Below are positions 48,060 through 59,294 of a stretch of DNA of 64,000 nt, in pieces. The translations under genes and the position numbers were made by a program. The notes under the pieces are model-generated. The model was not told where the DNA came from and ran no database searches. It saw only the letters and a list, made by a program, of their open reading frames with translations. The stretch covers positions 6,387-70,386 of the forward strand of contig CAZVQX010000003.1 of the NCBI GenBank assembly GCA_964629735.1, written 5' to 3'. The DNA is from an uncultured Muribaculaceae bacterium. GTDB taxonomy: Bacteria; Bacillota_I; Bacilli_A; RF39; UBA660. Numbering within the stretch: position 1 is the stretch's first letter; each line of letters starts with the position of its first letter.

Positions 48060-48764
48060 ATGAAGAAGTTCAAAGTTTTAATAACAATTTGGGGAATGGC
48101 ATTATTACTAACCGGATGTGTTGGTGCAACTATAGATATAAATATTAAAAATGATGATACCGGTAAAATGATATTTATGGTTGGATATGAAGAAGAGTAT
48201 TTAAAAACACTTGAAAAGCAAGAAGATAGTGAAGGTATTGATTTTAATTCAAATACAGAGTTAACAATTCCTTTTAAAGATGTTGAGAGTGATAAAATAA
48301 CTTTCAATAAAAATGATTATACTTATGTGGGTGAAAAAGTAGAAATCGATTTTAATTCCCTTGATGAATTAAATGAGAGACTTTATGAAATTTTCAACTC
48401 TGATGAAGATACTGAAAATAATATGGAAACAATAACTTTTAATCGCGATGGTAATGAGGTTAATGTTTTTCAAAAAGGAAATGAAAATAATTATGAACAG
48501 AGTAAAATGTTTTTAAATTATGTAGATTATACTATAAGTTTTAAAATAGATGGTAAAATAATATCTAATAATGCTGATAAATATGACGAAAAAACCAATA
48601 CATTAGAGTGGAATATAAAAACAATCTTAAAAGAAGGTATTCAATTTAAATATAAAACTTCTAATAATTTAGAAGTTAAACCAACATATATAATTATTGC
48701 TTCAATTCTCATAGTTGCTTCAGGTATTGGTTTTGTTTTATATTTAAAAAGAAAACATGATTAA
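48060..48764 (+). CDS. Lipoprotein with C-terminal TM, hypothetical
   Basis: Lipobox LLLTGC; C-terminal TM. Start at MKKFKVL after RBS AAGGAG. Confidence 0.6.
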   Translation: MKKFKVLITIWGMALLLTGCVGATIDINIKNDDTGKMIFMVGYEEEYLKTLEKQEDSEGIDFNSNTELTIPFKDVESDKITFNKNDYTYVGEKVEIDFNSLDELNERLYEIFNSDEDTENNMETITFNRDGNEVNVFQKGNENNYEQSKMFLNYVDYTISFKIDGKIISNNADKYDEKTNTLEWNIKTILKEGIQFKYKTSNNLEVKPTYIIIASILIVASGIGFVLYLKRKHD

Positions 48765-48819
48765 TAAATATATTTGTTTTTTATCAAATAATTTGTTATA
48801 ATTTACTTAATATTAAAAA

Positions 48820-49030
48820 ACGGTGACGAAAGATTAGTAACAAAAGTAATTATTTATAGAGAGTTAGTGTATGGTGAAAACTAATAATAATCTTTTGCGA
48901 ATTCACTTTCTAGTTTTATATTATATATAACGGTAACGCGTTTTAGTTATTTGAGAGTATAGACATTCTATAAATTAAGGTGGTAACGCGATCATTCGTC
49001 CTTAAGCTAAGAATGTTTTTTTATTAGGAG
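48820..49030 (+). promoter_or_regulatory. T-box riboswitch leader (Phe specifier UUC) of pheST
   Basis: T-box sequence AATTAAGGTGGTAACGCG. Stem I has an AGAGAG/AGTGTATGGTG distal platform and GAATTCA in the specifier loop. Confidence 0.8.
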
Positions 49031-49037
49031 GGAAAAT

Positions 49038-50099
49038 ATGAAAGAAGAAATAAGGAAAATTCATGAAAAAATTGTTGCTCATTTAGATGAAATAAAAGAT
49101 TTAAAAGAGTTCAATGAAGCTCGTATAAATTATTTAGGTAAGAAGGGAATAATACAAGGAATAGCAAGCAAAATATCTAGTTTACCAACTGATGAAAAAA
49201 GGGAAATTGGCATTCTAGTAAATCAATTAAAAAATGATGTTAATCACCTTTTTGAAGCTGTTAAAGAAAAACTTGAGCAACGTGCTCTTGAAGAAAAACT
49301 AGCTGCTGAGAAGATTGATATTTCACTGCCAGCAACTAAAATTAAGGTTGGTTCGTCTCATCCCTTAACTAGAATAATAGATGAGATTGAAGAATTATTT
49401 GTAAGTATGGGATATGATGTTGTTGAAGGACCGGAAATTGAGAGCGATTTATATAATTTTGAAAAATTAAATTTAGCTAAAGATCATCCAGCCCGTGATA
49501 TGCAAGATAGTTTTTATATTACAGAAGAAATGTTATTGAGAACCCAAACATCACCAGTTCAAGCTAGAGTTATGGAGGCCAATGTTGAGAAAGGACCAAT
49601 TAGAATTATTTGTCCTGGGAAAGTTTATCGTAAAGATGATGATGATGCCACACATTCACACCAATTTACCCAAATTGAGGGGTTGGTTATAGATGAGAAT
49701 ATAAATATTTCTCATTTAAAAGGTACATTAGAAGTATTGGCGCGCTATTTATTTGGTGAGGATCGAACAGTTCGTTTTCGCCCAAGTTTTTTCCCTTTTA
49801 CAGAACCAAGTTTAGAGGTTGATGTTTCTTGTTTTAAATGTAATGGTGCTGGTTGCTCTATTTGTAAAGGGACGGGTTGGATTGAAATATTAGGTGCTGG
49901 AATGGTTCATCCAGAAGTTTTAAAAGCTGGTGGCTATGATCCAGAAAAGTATAGTGGATTTGCCTTTGGAATGGGTCCTGAAAGAATTGCAATGTTAAAA
50001 TATGGAATTAATGATATAAGACATTTTTATGTTAACAATATTAATTTTCTAAATAATTTTAATCGACTAGAGAAGGAGGACTCAAATGAAAGTAAGTAA
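49038..50099 (+). CDS. pheS: Phenylalanine--tRNA ligase alpha subunit
   Basis: Class II aaRS motifs ([25 protein letters not shown]). Confidence 0.95.
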   Translation: MKEEIRKIHEKIVAHLDEIKDLKEFNEARINYLGKKGIIQGIASKISSLPTDEKREIGILVNQLKNDVNHLFEAVKEKLEQRALEEKLAAEKIDISLPATKIKVGSSHPLTRIIDEIEELFVSMGYDVVEGPEIESDLYNFEKLNLAKDHPARDMQDSFYITEEMLLRTQTSPVQARVMEANVEKGPIRIICPGKVYRKDDDDATHSHQFTQIEGLVIDENINISHLKGTLEVLARYLFGEDRTVRFRPSFFPFTEPSLEVDVSCFKCNGAGCSICKGTGWIEILGAGMVHPEVLKAGGYDPEKYSGFAFGMGPERIAMLKYGINDIRHFYVNNINFLNNFNRLEKEDSNESK

Positions 50100-52476
50100 A
50101 AGTTTTTTGAACGATTATATAGATATAAAAGATATTGATTATAAAGAAATTGCTGAAAAAATGGTGTTTTTAGGTAATGAGTATGATAGTATATCTAAAA
50201 TTAGTGAGGCTACAAATTTAGTAATTGGTTATGTTAAAGATGCAAAGAAGCATCCTAATGCGGATAGTTTAAAAGTTTGTCTAGTTGATATTGGCGAGCA
50301 AGAACCGTATCAAATTGTATGCGGTGCCCCTAATGTTGATAAGGGTCAAAAGGTAATTGTTGCTAAGGTAGGTGCGGTTTTACCTGGTGATTTCATTATT
50401 AAAAAATCTAATATAAGGGGCGAAGAATCAAATGGTATGATTTGTTCTTTAGCTGAAATTGGATTAGAATCAAAATTTTTAACACCAGATGATATTGATG
50501 GAATTCATGTTTTAGATGATAATGCTCCGGTTGGTAATGATGCAATAAAATATATTGGTTTTGACGATGAAGTAATTGATTTTGATTTAACGGCAGATCG
50601 TAGCGATTTGTTAAGTTTAATGGGAATGGCTTATGAAATTGGTGCTATATATGATTTAGAAGTTAAAGAACCAGAAACAAATTTCTTAGAAACAGGTAAT
50701 AGTATTAAAGAAGATTATAAAGTAACTGTTGATACTCCTAATTGCCCTTTTTATGCGATTCGTTTAGTTCGTAATGTTAAAGTAGGAGAAACACCCTCAT
50801 TTATTAAACAACGCTTAATGGCTAGTGGAATTAGAAGTATTAATAACGTTGTTGATATAAGTAATTATGTTATGTTAGAAACAGGTCAACCATTACATTT
50901 TTTCGATGCTGATAAAATGAATAAAGAGATTAAAGTAAGAATGGCTAATGATGAAGAAAAATTAGTTACTCTTGATGATAAAGAAAGAATTTTAAATGAA
51001 GATGACATTGTTATAACAGATGATCGAGAAATTATTGCTTTAGGTGGAGTAATGGGGGGGGATAATACAGAAGTTACAAATAATACTAAAAATATTATAA
51101 TTGAGAGTGCAATATTTAATTCTAAAAACATACGTAATACAGCAAAACGTATTTTAAGAAGTGAAGCAAGTAGTCGTTTTGAAAAAGGAGTTAGTTATGA
51201 TCGAAGTATTTTAGCTTTAAATCGTGCTTGTTATTTATTGAATAAATATGCCAATGGTGAAGTCGCGCCAGATTATTTAAAACATGATATTATTGATAAA
51301 ACAAAAAACACAATTTCAATTTCTTTAAATAAAATTAATTCTATTTTAGGTATGTGTTTAACTAAGGAAGATGTAGAACAAGTATTTGAAAAACTTAAAT
51401 TTGAATTCACTGAAAAAAATAATGAATTTTTAGTAATAATTCCAACAAGAAGAATGGATTTAAACATACCAGAAGATTTAATTGAAGAAGTAGGTCGAAT
51501 TATTGGATATGATAATGTTGTTGGTCAATTACCAATTGTATCAATTAAAAGAGGTAGTTATACTCTAAAAAGAAAATTTGTTAAACAAATAAAGCAAAGA
51601 CTTTTTGCTTTAGGTTTAAATGAAGTTATTACATACTCATTAGTTGGAGAGGATGAAATTAACATATTTAATAACGATGATATTGAACTTGTTAAATTAA
51701 GAGAACCCCAGAGTATAGAACACTCAATTATGAGAACTAGTTTAATACCATCTTTACTTAACGTTTATAAGTATAATAAGGCTAGAAATATAAAGGAAGT
51801 AACCATTTTTGAAATAGGTTCAATCTATAGTGTAGATAATAAAAATTATGTTGAAAATTTAAGACTTTCAGGTTTGTTAAGTGATATCTATATTCAAAAT
51901 AAATGGCAAAATAAAAATGTTGAAGTTGATTTTTATGTTGTAAAAGGATTGATTGAAAGTTTATTAGATTATATTGGATTAGAAAACCGTTATACATTTA
52001 TTGAGGATAAAAAATTAAAAGATATGCACCCGGGAAGAAGTGCTAAAATAAAGGTTGGTCTTGATGAAGTTGGTTTTTTTGGCCAAGTTCACCCAAGTGT
52101 TAGTAAAAACCCGGTATATATTTTTGATATTGATTTAGAAATATTATTTAAAATAAAAACAAGAAATATTAAGTTCAAAGAATTAAGCAAATATCCATCA
52201 GTAAAAAAAGATGTTGCTTTTGTAATTGATAAAGAAATTAATTCGTCAGAAATAGAAAAAATTATTAAAAAAGCAGGTGGACGCCTACTTGTTGATATTG
52301 ATGTTTTTGACGTTTATGAAGGGGATAACATTGAAAATAATAAAAAATCAATTGCATACTCTTTAGAATTTCAAGATTTAAATAAAACTCTAACCGATGA
52401 AGAAATAACAGTTATATTTAACAAAATAATTGATGAGGTTGAAAGTAAATTAGGTGCTATTTTAAGGGACAAATAA
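50086..52476 (+). CDS. pheT: Phenylalanine--tRNA ligase beta subunit
   Basis: 796 aa with tRNA-binding, B3/B4, B5 and FDX-ACB domains. Confidence 0.95.
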   Translation: MKVSKSFLNDYIDIKDIDYKEIAEKMVFLGNEYDSISKISEATNLVIGYVKDAKKHPNADSLKVCLVDIGEQEPYQIVCGAPNVDKGQKVIVAKVGAVLPGDFIIKKSNIRGEESNGMICSLAEIGLESKFLTPDDIDGIHVLDDNAPVGNDAIKYIGFDDEVIDFDLTADRSDLLSLMGMAYEIGAIYDLEVKEPETNFLETGNSIKEDYKVTVDTPNCPFYAIRLVRNVKVGETPSFIKQRLMASGIRSINNVVDISNYVMLETGQPLHFFDADKMNKEIKVRMANDEEKLVTLDDKERILNEDDIVITDDREIIALGGVMGGDNTEVTNNTKNIIIESAIFNSKNIRNTAKRILRSEASSRFEKGVSYDRSILALNRACYLLNKYANGEVAPDYLKHDIIDKTKNTISISLNKINSILGMCLTKEDVEQVFEKLKFEFTEKNNEFLVIIPTRRMDLNIPEDLIEEVGRIIGYDNVVGQLPIVSIKRGSYTLKRKFVKQIKQRLFALGLNEVITYSLVGEDEINIFNNDDIELVKLREPQSIEHSIMRTSLIPSLLNVYKYNKARNIKEVTIFEIGSIYSVDNKNYVENLRLSGLLSDIYIQNKWQNKNVEVDFYVVKGLIESLLDYIGLENRYTFIEDKKLKDMHPGRSAKIKVGLDEVGFFGQVHPSVSKNPVYIFDIDLEILFKIKTRNIKFKELSKYPSVKKDVAFVIDKEINSSEIEKIIKKAGGRLLVDIDVFDVYEGDNIENNKKSIAYSLEFQDLNKTLTDEEITVIFNKIIDEVESKLGAILRDK

Positions 52477-52480
52477 AAAA

Positions 52481-52512
52481 ACAGATGTTATATTACATCT
52501 GCTTTTTTATTA
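52481..52512. terminator. Bidirectional terminator
   Basis: CAGATGT..ACATCTG followed by T6. Confidence 0.75.
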
Positions 52513-53232
52513 ATTTAAATCAGGATAGAAGGTATTAATGAAGTGGTTATGTGCTTTAATTTCTAAATCTAAATCAAATTCTTTAAAGTTAAATTTTTTA
52601 TCTTTACTCAAAACTAAATCTTTAATAATATGTTTTAGAATATGAGGATTTCTAACTAAAAAAGGCCCGATTAAATAAGTTCCATAAAAATTGTTATAAT
52701 GAATTCCTTCGGCTTTTTCATCTAAATTACTACCAATACCTTTAATTACAGTAAAAATTGGTTCATTATTATTTTTAATAATTTTGCTTTGATTTTGAAA
52801 TCCAATAATTAATTCATTGAAATGTCTAGAACTAAAAACAGATTCATCAATTAATCTTTTATTTGCTGTAATTGAATAATAATCAAAAATTTCTAAAGCA
52901 TCATTTTTTTCTTCATTATCTAATATATATTTTCCAAAAAGTTCTATCGAGTTACCTGTTGCTAAAAAGAATTTATTGTTCATTATTTCTTGTTTTATTT
53001 CTTCTTTATAGCTTAATAAATGGTTGAGAGCAATTTTTTGGTTATGTTCTGTTCCAGAACCAATATATACAAAATCGTAATCATCAAAGTTTAATTCATC
53101 ACCTATTGTTAAAAGTTTAATATTTACTTTTATATCTTGATTTTCTAATTGATGCTTAAGTATTTTAATATTCCCACTTTCACCATATAGATTTAGCAAA
53201 TCATAATACAAATATGCAATTGTTATTTTCAT
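52510..53232 (-). CDS. gatD: GatD-like GATase3 protein paired with MurT; contains no cysteine
   Basis: LNLYGESGNI, FVYIGSGTEHNQ and GIHYNN blocks match the GatD/CobQ-type family. The product has zero Cys, with the nucleophile region reading LATGNSIELFG. Start at MKITIA after RBS AGAGGG. Confidence 0.7.
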   Translation of the reverse strand: MKITIAYLYYDLLNLYGESGNIKILKHQLENQDIKVNIKLLTIGDELNFDDYDFVYIGSGTEHNQKIALNHLLSYKEEIKQEIMNNKFFLATGNSIELFGKYILDNEEKNDALEIFDYYSITANKRLIDESVFSSRHFNELIIGFQNQSKIIKNNNEPIFTVIKGIGSNLDEKAEGIHYNNFYGTYLIGPFLVRNPHILKHIIKDLVLSKDKKFNFKEFDLDLEIKAHNHFINTFYPDLN

Positions 53233-53233
53233 T

Positions 53234-54550
53234 TTAAACACCCTCTATACTATTTTTAAAAATTTTTTCTAAATCAAAGTAAAAGACGCAATATACAAAT
53301 TCATTTCCGTGTTGTTTTATAGCATCTATAACAACGTTAGGATCGGTATATGTAATTATTTTTTCTTTGGGAATTTTACTGTTTTTTAATCGAACGGCAA
53401 TATCATATGCAAAATTACCAAGACATATAATATTTTCAACATTATCATCATTTAATAGTTCAAAATTAATATCCCATAACCACGATAAATCCTTTAAGTT
53501 GTAGCGACCACTTACATTTTTAAAGCCAATAACAACTGTTTTTTTATGATTTTGTTTACTTATGTATTCAAGTGATTGATTATATGATATTGGTGTTTCA
53601 TTTTTACTAAGGAGTAAAGTGCATTTTTTATCATCTATTATAAATGTGTCAAATCTTTTAATTTTTAATGATAAATTATTAATTGCTTTTCCGACTTTAT
53701 CTTTATCAACACCGTCGGTTATTGAAACCGCATAACTAGCACTTAAGTTATAAACATTATATAAGGCTGTGTTATTCATTTTAATAGTTATATCATCAAT
53801 TTTAAAATGATCGTTGTCAATCAATTCAGCTTCAAATTTAGTGATTGGTCTTTTAAAATCGCATTTAGAACATTTGTAATCTCCTAGATTACCGTAATGG
53901 AAATAATCAAATTTTAATTTATTATTACAAATTGGGCAGTAAGCCGTATCTAAATTAAAAATTTTGTTTTCTTTAATTGATAATGATGTTTCTTTTAAAC
54001 CATAATAGGTGACTAATCCCTTATGGTTTAAAGCAAATTTAACGACTGTTGGATCATCAGCATTTAAGATTAGATGAATATCATCAGTAATATATTCATT
54101 AATATCTTTCCAAACAATGTCAGGATGGCCATTCCTAGCTAGTTGATCACGTGATAAATTATTAATAATAAAGAAATTAGGCTTAATGTCTTGAATTGTT
54201 TTTTTTACATATCGCTCATCAACTTCTAAAACTAAAACATCACTTTTAATTTTTCCAAATATATTAGCATTATTTATTAAACAAGTTAATACACCAGTAT
54301 CTAAGTTTGAACCTTTATTATTAATTCCTACTTTATAACCTGACTGTTCATATATATTATTTAAAATACCGGCAATTGAAGTTTTACCAGTTGTTCCAGT
54401 AATAAAAATAGTTGTTTTAGGTAATTTAAAATGTTTAAAAATATTTTGATTTAATTTCAGCGCTATTTCGCCTGGAAAGGCAGAACCGCGACCCATTTTT
54501 TTTAATATAAAGCTAATTGTTTTAGCCACAATCATTGTTAAAATTTTCAT
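53234..54550 (-). CDS. murT: Lipid II isoglutaminyl synthase subunit MurT (Mur-ligase domain plus DUF1727)
   Basis: Mur ligase P-loop ITGTTGKTS and Cys4 ribbon CPICNN..CSKCDF. Confidence 0.85.
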   Translation of the reverse strand: MKILTMIVAKTISFILKKMGRGSAFPGEIALKLNQNIFKHFKLPKTTIFITGTTGKTSIAGILNNIYEQSGYKVGINNKGSNLDTGVLTCLINNANIFGKIKSDVLVLEVDERYVKKTIQDIKPNFFIINNLSRDQLARNGHPDIVWKDINEYITDDIHLILNADDPTVVKFALNHKGLVTYYGLKETSLSIKENKIFNLDTAYCPICNNKLKFDYFHYGNLGDYKCSKCDFKRPITKFEAELIDNDHFKIDDITIKMNNTALYNVYNLSASYAVSITDGVDKDKVGKAINNLSLKIKRFDTFIIDDKKCTLLLSKNETPISYNQSLEYISKQNHKKTVVIGFKNVSGRYNLKDLSWLWDINFELLNDDNVENIICLGNFAYDIAVRLKNSKIPKEKIITYTDPNVVIDAIKQHGNEFVYCVFYFDLEKIFKNSIEGV

Positions 54551-54691
54551 AAATAACCTCTTATCTAGTATTAAAAAATATTCTCTAACAATATATCTTA
54601 ACCATATAAATTATATCACAAATAAGCTGCAAAATAAATTAAGAAAAATAATTTTTTCTAGTTTTGTCGAAAATTAAAAAAACATTTATAA

Positions 54692-54955
54692 ATGTGTTAT
54701 AGTGATAATGGTGATGGTATGATAAATACAAAATATTCTAATTATATAATTTATTTTCATTTAAACAGTAATATTAATGTAGATAATTTAAATTTGTTGA
54801 GAGAAAAAATAAAATATATTGTTGATAATTATAATAATTATCAAATAAGAATAAATATATGTGAATGTGTTTATGTAGATTACAGTGCGTTACAATCATT
54901 TTTGGAAGATTATAATATAAATTATAAAAACAACTTAATTTTAATAAATAAATAG
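54692..54955 (+). CDS. Hypothetical small protein
   Basis: Complete ORF with no recognised family; start uncertain (GTG at 54692 or the internal ATG). Confidence 0.35.
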   Translation: MCYSDNGDGMINTKYSNYIIYFHLNSNINVDNLNLLREKIKYIVDNYNNYQIRINICECVYVDYSALQSFLEDYNINYKNNLILINK

Positions 54956-55010
54956 TAAATTGTAACTCATAAACGAGTTACTTTTTTAATAAGCTTAAAC
55001 AGGTGATAGT

Positions 55011-55250
55011 GTGGAAATAATAAATCAATTTCGCTCCTATCTATTGGAAGAAGAGTTCAAAATTAATATTTTTAAAAATAAGATTAATATAATAAACTAT
55101 AAAAATATAGTTCATTTTGACGTTAATAAAGTAATAGTAAATTATGATGAAGGAATGATTATAGTTCAGGGTGAGAATTTGGTTGTTTCCAAGTTATTAA
55201 ATGATGAAGTTTTAATAACAGGAATTATCAAAAAAATAGAACTGAGGTAA
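55011..55250 (+). CDS. yqfC: Sporulation protein YqfC (YabP family)
   Basis: 79 aa YabP-like beta protein; followed by a yqfD-like gene. Confidence 0.7.
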   Translation: MEIINQFRSYLLEEEFKINIFKNKINIINYKNIVHFDVNKVIVNYDEGMIIVQGENLVVSKLLNDEVLITGIIKKIELR

Positions 55251-55253
55251 TTT

Positions 55254-56435
55254 ATGAAAAATAATTTTATAAATAAATTACAACATAAACTTTTAATTCA
55301 TGTGAAAGGAAAAAATATTAATCGATTTATTAAGCGGTTATCTGATAATAAAATTGAATTGTTAAACATAAATATAATAAATAAAAACGAAGTAAATATT
55401 ATCGTTAAAGAAAAAGATTTTAATAAAATAAAGGATTTAAAAACTGTTTATGATATATCTATAATAGAAGTCCTTGGTATGCTTCAAGTAAAAAAAATAA
55501 TTAACCAAAATAAAATAATGTTAACTATTTTTGTATTGGGAATATTTTTATTAATATTTCTAACAAATATTGTTTTTGATGTAGAAGTAGTTCATACTAA
55601 TAGGGAACTTCGTGAATATCTTATTTATGAACTTTCTCAAGAAAATATAAAACCATTTCAATTCAAACTAAATTATCAACAACTTCAAAAAATAAAAGAA
55701 AAAATTATTAATGAAAATAAAGATCGGATTGAATGGTTAGAAATTGAAAATGTAGGGACTAAGTATATTGTAAGGGTTGAAGAAAGGCGGTTACCAACCC
55801 CGAAGATCAAACCTCAGAACCGTCATATTGTTTCAAAGAAAAGTGCTATTATAAAAAAAATTGAGGCTAAATCGGGCGAAGTTATTAGAGAGGTTAATGA
55901 TTATGTTAAACCGGGTGATATTATCATTTCTGGGCAAATAAAATTATACGATAACATAAAAAGTATTATTCCGGCTGAGGGGCAGGTATACGGTGAGGTT
56001 TGGTACGAGACAAAAGTTACATATCCATTATTTAAAAAAGAAGAAAAAGTTTTGCCTTCTAATAAAAAAGTGTTGGTTTTACAATTTTTAAATAAAAAAA
56101 TTGAGTTTTTTAATTTAAAGCCTTATAAAAATAAAAAAAGTAATGAGAAAATAATAATAAAAAGTAATTTATTACCATTGATATTATACATGGATAATCA
56201 ACAAGAAACTGAAATAGTTGAAGAAATAATTACATTTGATGAAGCAATATCTCGAGCTGTTGAGGTTGGACGAAGAAAAATAGAAGAAAAATTAAAGCGA
56301 GAAGAATATATAATTAGTCAAAAAAGTTTGAAAATTGACGCTAAAAGTAGTAAAATGATAGTAGATATATTCTTTGTTGTTTATGAAGATATAACCAATT
56401 ACCAAGAAATCAAAGAAGAAACAGAAGAATCTTAG
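55254..56435 (+). CDS. yqfD: Sporulation protein YqfD
   Basis: 393 aa with a central TM; in the Bacillus yqfC-yqfD...ybeY-dgkA-cdd-era-recO context. Confidence 0.7.
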   Translation: MKNNFINKLQHKLLIHVKGKNINRFIKRLSDNKIELLNINIINKNEVNIIVKEKDFNKIKDLKTVYDISIIEVLGMLQVKKIINQNKIMLTIFVLGIFLLIFLTNIVFDVEVVHTNRELREYLIYELSQENIKPFQFKLNYQQLQKIKEKIINENKDRIEWLEIENVGTKYIVRVEERRLPTPKIKPQNRHIVSKKSAIIKKIEAKSGEVIREVNDYVKPGDIIISGQIKLYDNIKSIIPAEGQVYGEVWYETKVTYPLFKKEEKVLPSNKKVLVLQFLNKKIEFFNLKPYKNKKSNEKIIIKSNLLPLILYMDNQQETEIVEEIITFDEAISRAVEVGRRKIEEKLKREEYIISQKSLKIDAKSSKMIVDIFFVVYEDITNYQEIKEETEES

Positions 56436-56437
56436 AA

Positions 56438-57043
56438 TTGAGGAATAAAATGAAGTCGACAATAACAATGCTATTTAATGAAATATGGCCGATGATCTTG
56501 ATTTTTAGTGTAGTATTAGTAACTTTAAGAATTACTTATGTTTTAAAGAATAAAGTGAAATTTGTATTATATAAAGAACTAATTTATTTAGGCTTTATTA
56601 TTTATATAATGTTATTGTTTAATACTGTTACATTTAAAGATGTAACTTGGTCAACAGCTAATTATACTCCGTTCAAAGAAATTTTCCGTTATTCAATTGG
56701 TAGTGCAAAGTTTTATAGAAACGTTATTGGCAATATGATAATGTTTATGCCATATGGTTTTTTTATTTCTTACTTTCTAAAATTAAAGAAGCCTTATTTA
56801 GTTTTTTTGTTATCATTAATAGTTTCAATTACGATTGAAACTACCCAGTTAGTAATTGGACGAGTCTTTGATGTCGATGATATATTGTTAAATGTCTTTG
56901 GCGCTCTTTTAGGTTATTTTATTTATAAAGTTATGGATTATTTTTATGGGAAAGCCCCGTCATTCTTGAAAAAAGATTATATATATAATATAATTACAGT
57001 GCTCGCGCTTTTCTTTTTAGCATATTTGTTATGGGGTGTTTAA
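56438..57043 (+). CDS. VanZ-like family membrane protein
   Basis: IGRVFDVDDILLNVFGALLGY. Confidence 0.7.
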   Translation: MRNKMKSTITMLFNEIWPMILIFSVVLVTLRITYVLKNKVKFVLYKELIYLGFIIYIMLLFNTVTFKDVTWSTANYTPFKEIFRYSIGSAKFYRNVIGNMIMFMPYGFFISYFLKLKKPYLVFLLSLIVSITIETTQLVIGRVFDVDDILLNVFGALLGYFIYKVMDYFYGKAPSFLKKDYIYNIITVLALFFLAYLLWGV

Positions 57044-57491
57044 TTTGAATAATTTTAGTATTTTTAATGAAAGCGGACAAACTATTAATGAATTAATAGA
57101 AATTGAAAAATTAATTGAATATTATTTGAAACAAGAAAATTTAAAAAACATTATTTTTAATGTTATAATTGTCGATGATAGTAAAATAAAAGAAATAAAT
57201 AAAACATACCGCCATATTAATAATGTTACTGATGTTATTAGTTTTGCGTTAGAAGATAATCAAGATATTAAATATGATGACTTTCGCTTATTAGGTGATA
57301 TTTATATATCAATAGATACAGCTAAAAGACAGGCAATAGAATATAATCACAGTTTATTAAGAGAACTATCATTTTTGACAATACATGGAATATTACATTT
57401 GTTAGGATATGATCATATGGAACCAGAAGAAGAAAAAATAATGTTTGAGAAACAGGAGTTGATTTTAAATGGATATGGAATTGAGAAATAA
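57036..57491 (+). CDS. ybeY: Endoribonuclease YbeY
   Basis: HGILHLLGYDH zinc motif. Confidence 0.92.
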   Translation: MFNLNNFSIFNESGQTINELIEIEKLIEYYLKQENLKNIIFNVIIVDDSKIKEINKTYRHINNVTDVISFALEDNQDIKYDDFRLLGDIYISIDTAKRQAIEYNHSLLRELSFLTIHGILHLLGYDHMEPEEEKIMFEKQELILNGYGIEK

Positions 57492-57873
57492 ACAAAAAAA
57501 AAGAGGTTGGAAAAGATTTGTAAATAGTTTTAAATATTCTTTTCAAGGATTACAATATGCTTATAAAGCAGAACAGAGTTTAATGATTCATGGAATGGCT
57601 GTAATATTAGTAATAATCGCTGGGTTTGTTTTAAAAATAACATTAATAGAATGGTTAATATGTTTTATTTTAATGGGAATAGTTTTAGCGACTGAACTTA
57701 TAAATACTTCAATTGAGGCTGTTATTGACTTAGCTTGTCCTGAGATTCATCCTTTAGCAAAAATAGCTAAGGATACAGCTTCTGCTGCCGTTTTTGTATT
57801 TTCAACTGTTGCCTTTGTAAGTGGTTTAATTATTTTTTTACCTAAGATTATGGAATTTTTAACTTTGTTATAA
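57469..57873 (+). CDS. dgkA: Diacylglycerol/undecaprenol kinase
   Basis: Three-TM DgkA family. Confidence 0.85.
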   Translation: MDMELRNKQKKRGWKRFVNSFKYSFQGLQYAYKAEQSLMIHGMAVILVIIAGFVLKITLIEWLICFILMGIVLATELINTSIEAVIDLACPEIHPLAKIAKDTASAAVFVFSTVAFVSGLIIFLPKIMEFLTLL

Positions 57874-57882
57874 GGAGGGGCT

Positions 57883-58266
57883 ATGAGAGAAAAATTATTG
57901 AAATTATTAGATAACGCTTATGCACCATATTCTAATTATCATGTAGCTGCTATTGTTGTTACTAATGATTTAGCTGAATTTAGTGGTGTAAACGTCGAAA
58001 ATGCATCTTTTGGTGGAACAATATGTGCTGAGAGGAATGCGATTAATAATGCGGTTACCCACGGTTATAAAAAAGGTGACTTTAAAGAATTATATGTAAT
58101 GGTTGCTAGTGATAAAATTGCGTTTCCTTGCAATATTTGTAGACAGACAATTGTTGAATTTTTTGATATGGATGCTAAATTATATTTAATGAATAAAACT
58201 GAAATGAAAGAATATAAAATGTGTGATATTATTGTTTACCCTTTTGGTGAAGGTGATTTAAGATGA
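57883..58266 (+). CDS. cdd: Cytidine deaminase
   Basis: CAERNAI and PCNICRQ zinc motifs. Confidence 0.92.
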   Translation: MREKLLKLLDNAYAPYSNYHVAAIVVTNDLAEFSGVNVENASFGGTICAERNAINNAVTHGYKKGDFKELYVMVASDKIAFPCNICRQTIVEFFDMDAKLYLMNKTEMKEYKMCDIIVYPFGEGDLR

Positions 58267-59147
58267 AATCTGGTTTTGTTGCACTCGTTGGTCGTCCTAA
58301 TGTTGGTAAATCAACTTTACTCAATAATATAATTGGTCGTAAAGTTGCAATTACATCGACCAAACCGCAAACAACAAGGAATAATATTCAAGGTATATAT
58401 AATGAAGATGGTACTCAAATTGTTTTCATTGATACCCCTGGTATTCATCGGCCACTACATAAATTAGGAGAATTTTTAAATAAGCAAGCTTACTATAGTA
58501 TTAATGATGTTGATGTAATATTATTTTTAATTGATGCGAGCGATGATATTGGACCTGGTGATAAATTTATTATTAAAACATTTGAGAAGGTAGAAAAACC
58601 GGTGATTTTAATAATGAATAAAATTGACAGAATAACAAAAGAAGAAATTTTATTTAAAATAGATCAATATAAAGATTTATATAACTTTTCTGAGATTATT
58701 CCAATAAGTGCTTTAAAAAAAGATGATTCACAAATATTAATAAAAACGTTAAAAAATTATTTGCCTGATACTATACAATATTATCCTGAAGATCAAATAA
58801 CTAATAAATCAACTGAATTTTTAGTAACAGAGATTGTTCGCGAAAAGGTATTTAATTTAACTGAGGAAGAAATACCACATTCTACAACATGCGTAATTGA
58901 ACAATTTAAGAAAACTAAGAAAGGTTATATAATTAATGTCCTAATAATTGTTGATCGTGATTCATTGAAAAAAATTATAATTGGTAAAAACGGCCAAAAA
59001 GTTAAAAAAATAGGAATTGAGGCTAGACGTGATATTGAACAACTATTAGGTGAAAAGGTATATTTAGAATTGTTTGTTAAGACAGTTAAAAAGTGGCGAG
59101 AAAAACAAAGATATTTGACAGAATTTGGATATAGTGATTTTGAATAA
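58263..59147 (+). CDS. era: GTPase Era
   Basis: G1 GRPNVGKST, DTPG, NKID and a C-terminal KH domain. Confidence 0.95.
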   Translation: MKSGFVALVGRPNVGKSTLLNNIIGRKVAITSTKPQTTRNNIQGIYNEDGTQIVFIDTPGIHRPLHKLGEFLNKQAYYSINDVDVILFLIDASDDIGPGDKFIIKTFEKVEKPVILIMNKIDRITKEEILFKIDQYKDLYNFSEIIPISALKKDDSQILIKTLKNYLPDTIQYYPEDQITNKSTEFLVTEIVREKVFNLTEEEIPHSTTCVIEQFKKTKKGYIINVLIIVDRDSLKKIIIGKNGQKVKKIGIEARRDIEQLLGEKVYLELFVKTVKKWREKQRYLTEFGYSDFE

Positions 59148-59192
59148 AAAAAAATATAGTCATCACCATATTATTAAGGGGTGATTATTATA

Positions 59193-59294
59193 TGAAAAAG
59201 GAATTACTATGGGGTTTATTTAAGAAGACGGGAAAGATTGAGTATTATTTAAAATATAAGGAGGAAATAAGCGGTGGTAAAATTAGATGAAGTA
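59193..59294 (+). CDS. YqzL-like micro-protein (33 aa), unannotated
   Basis: [44 protein letters not shown]. Bacillus has yqzL between era and recO. Confidence 0.4.
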
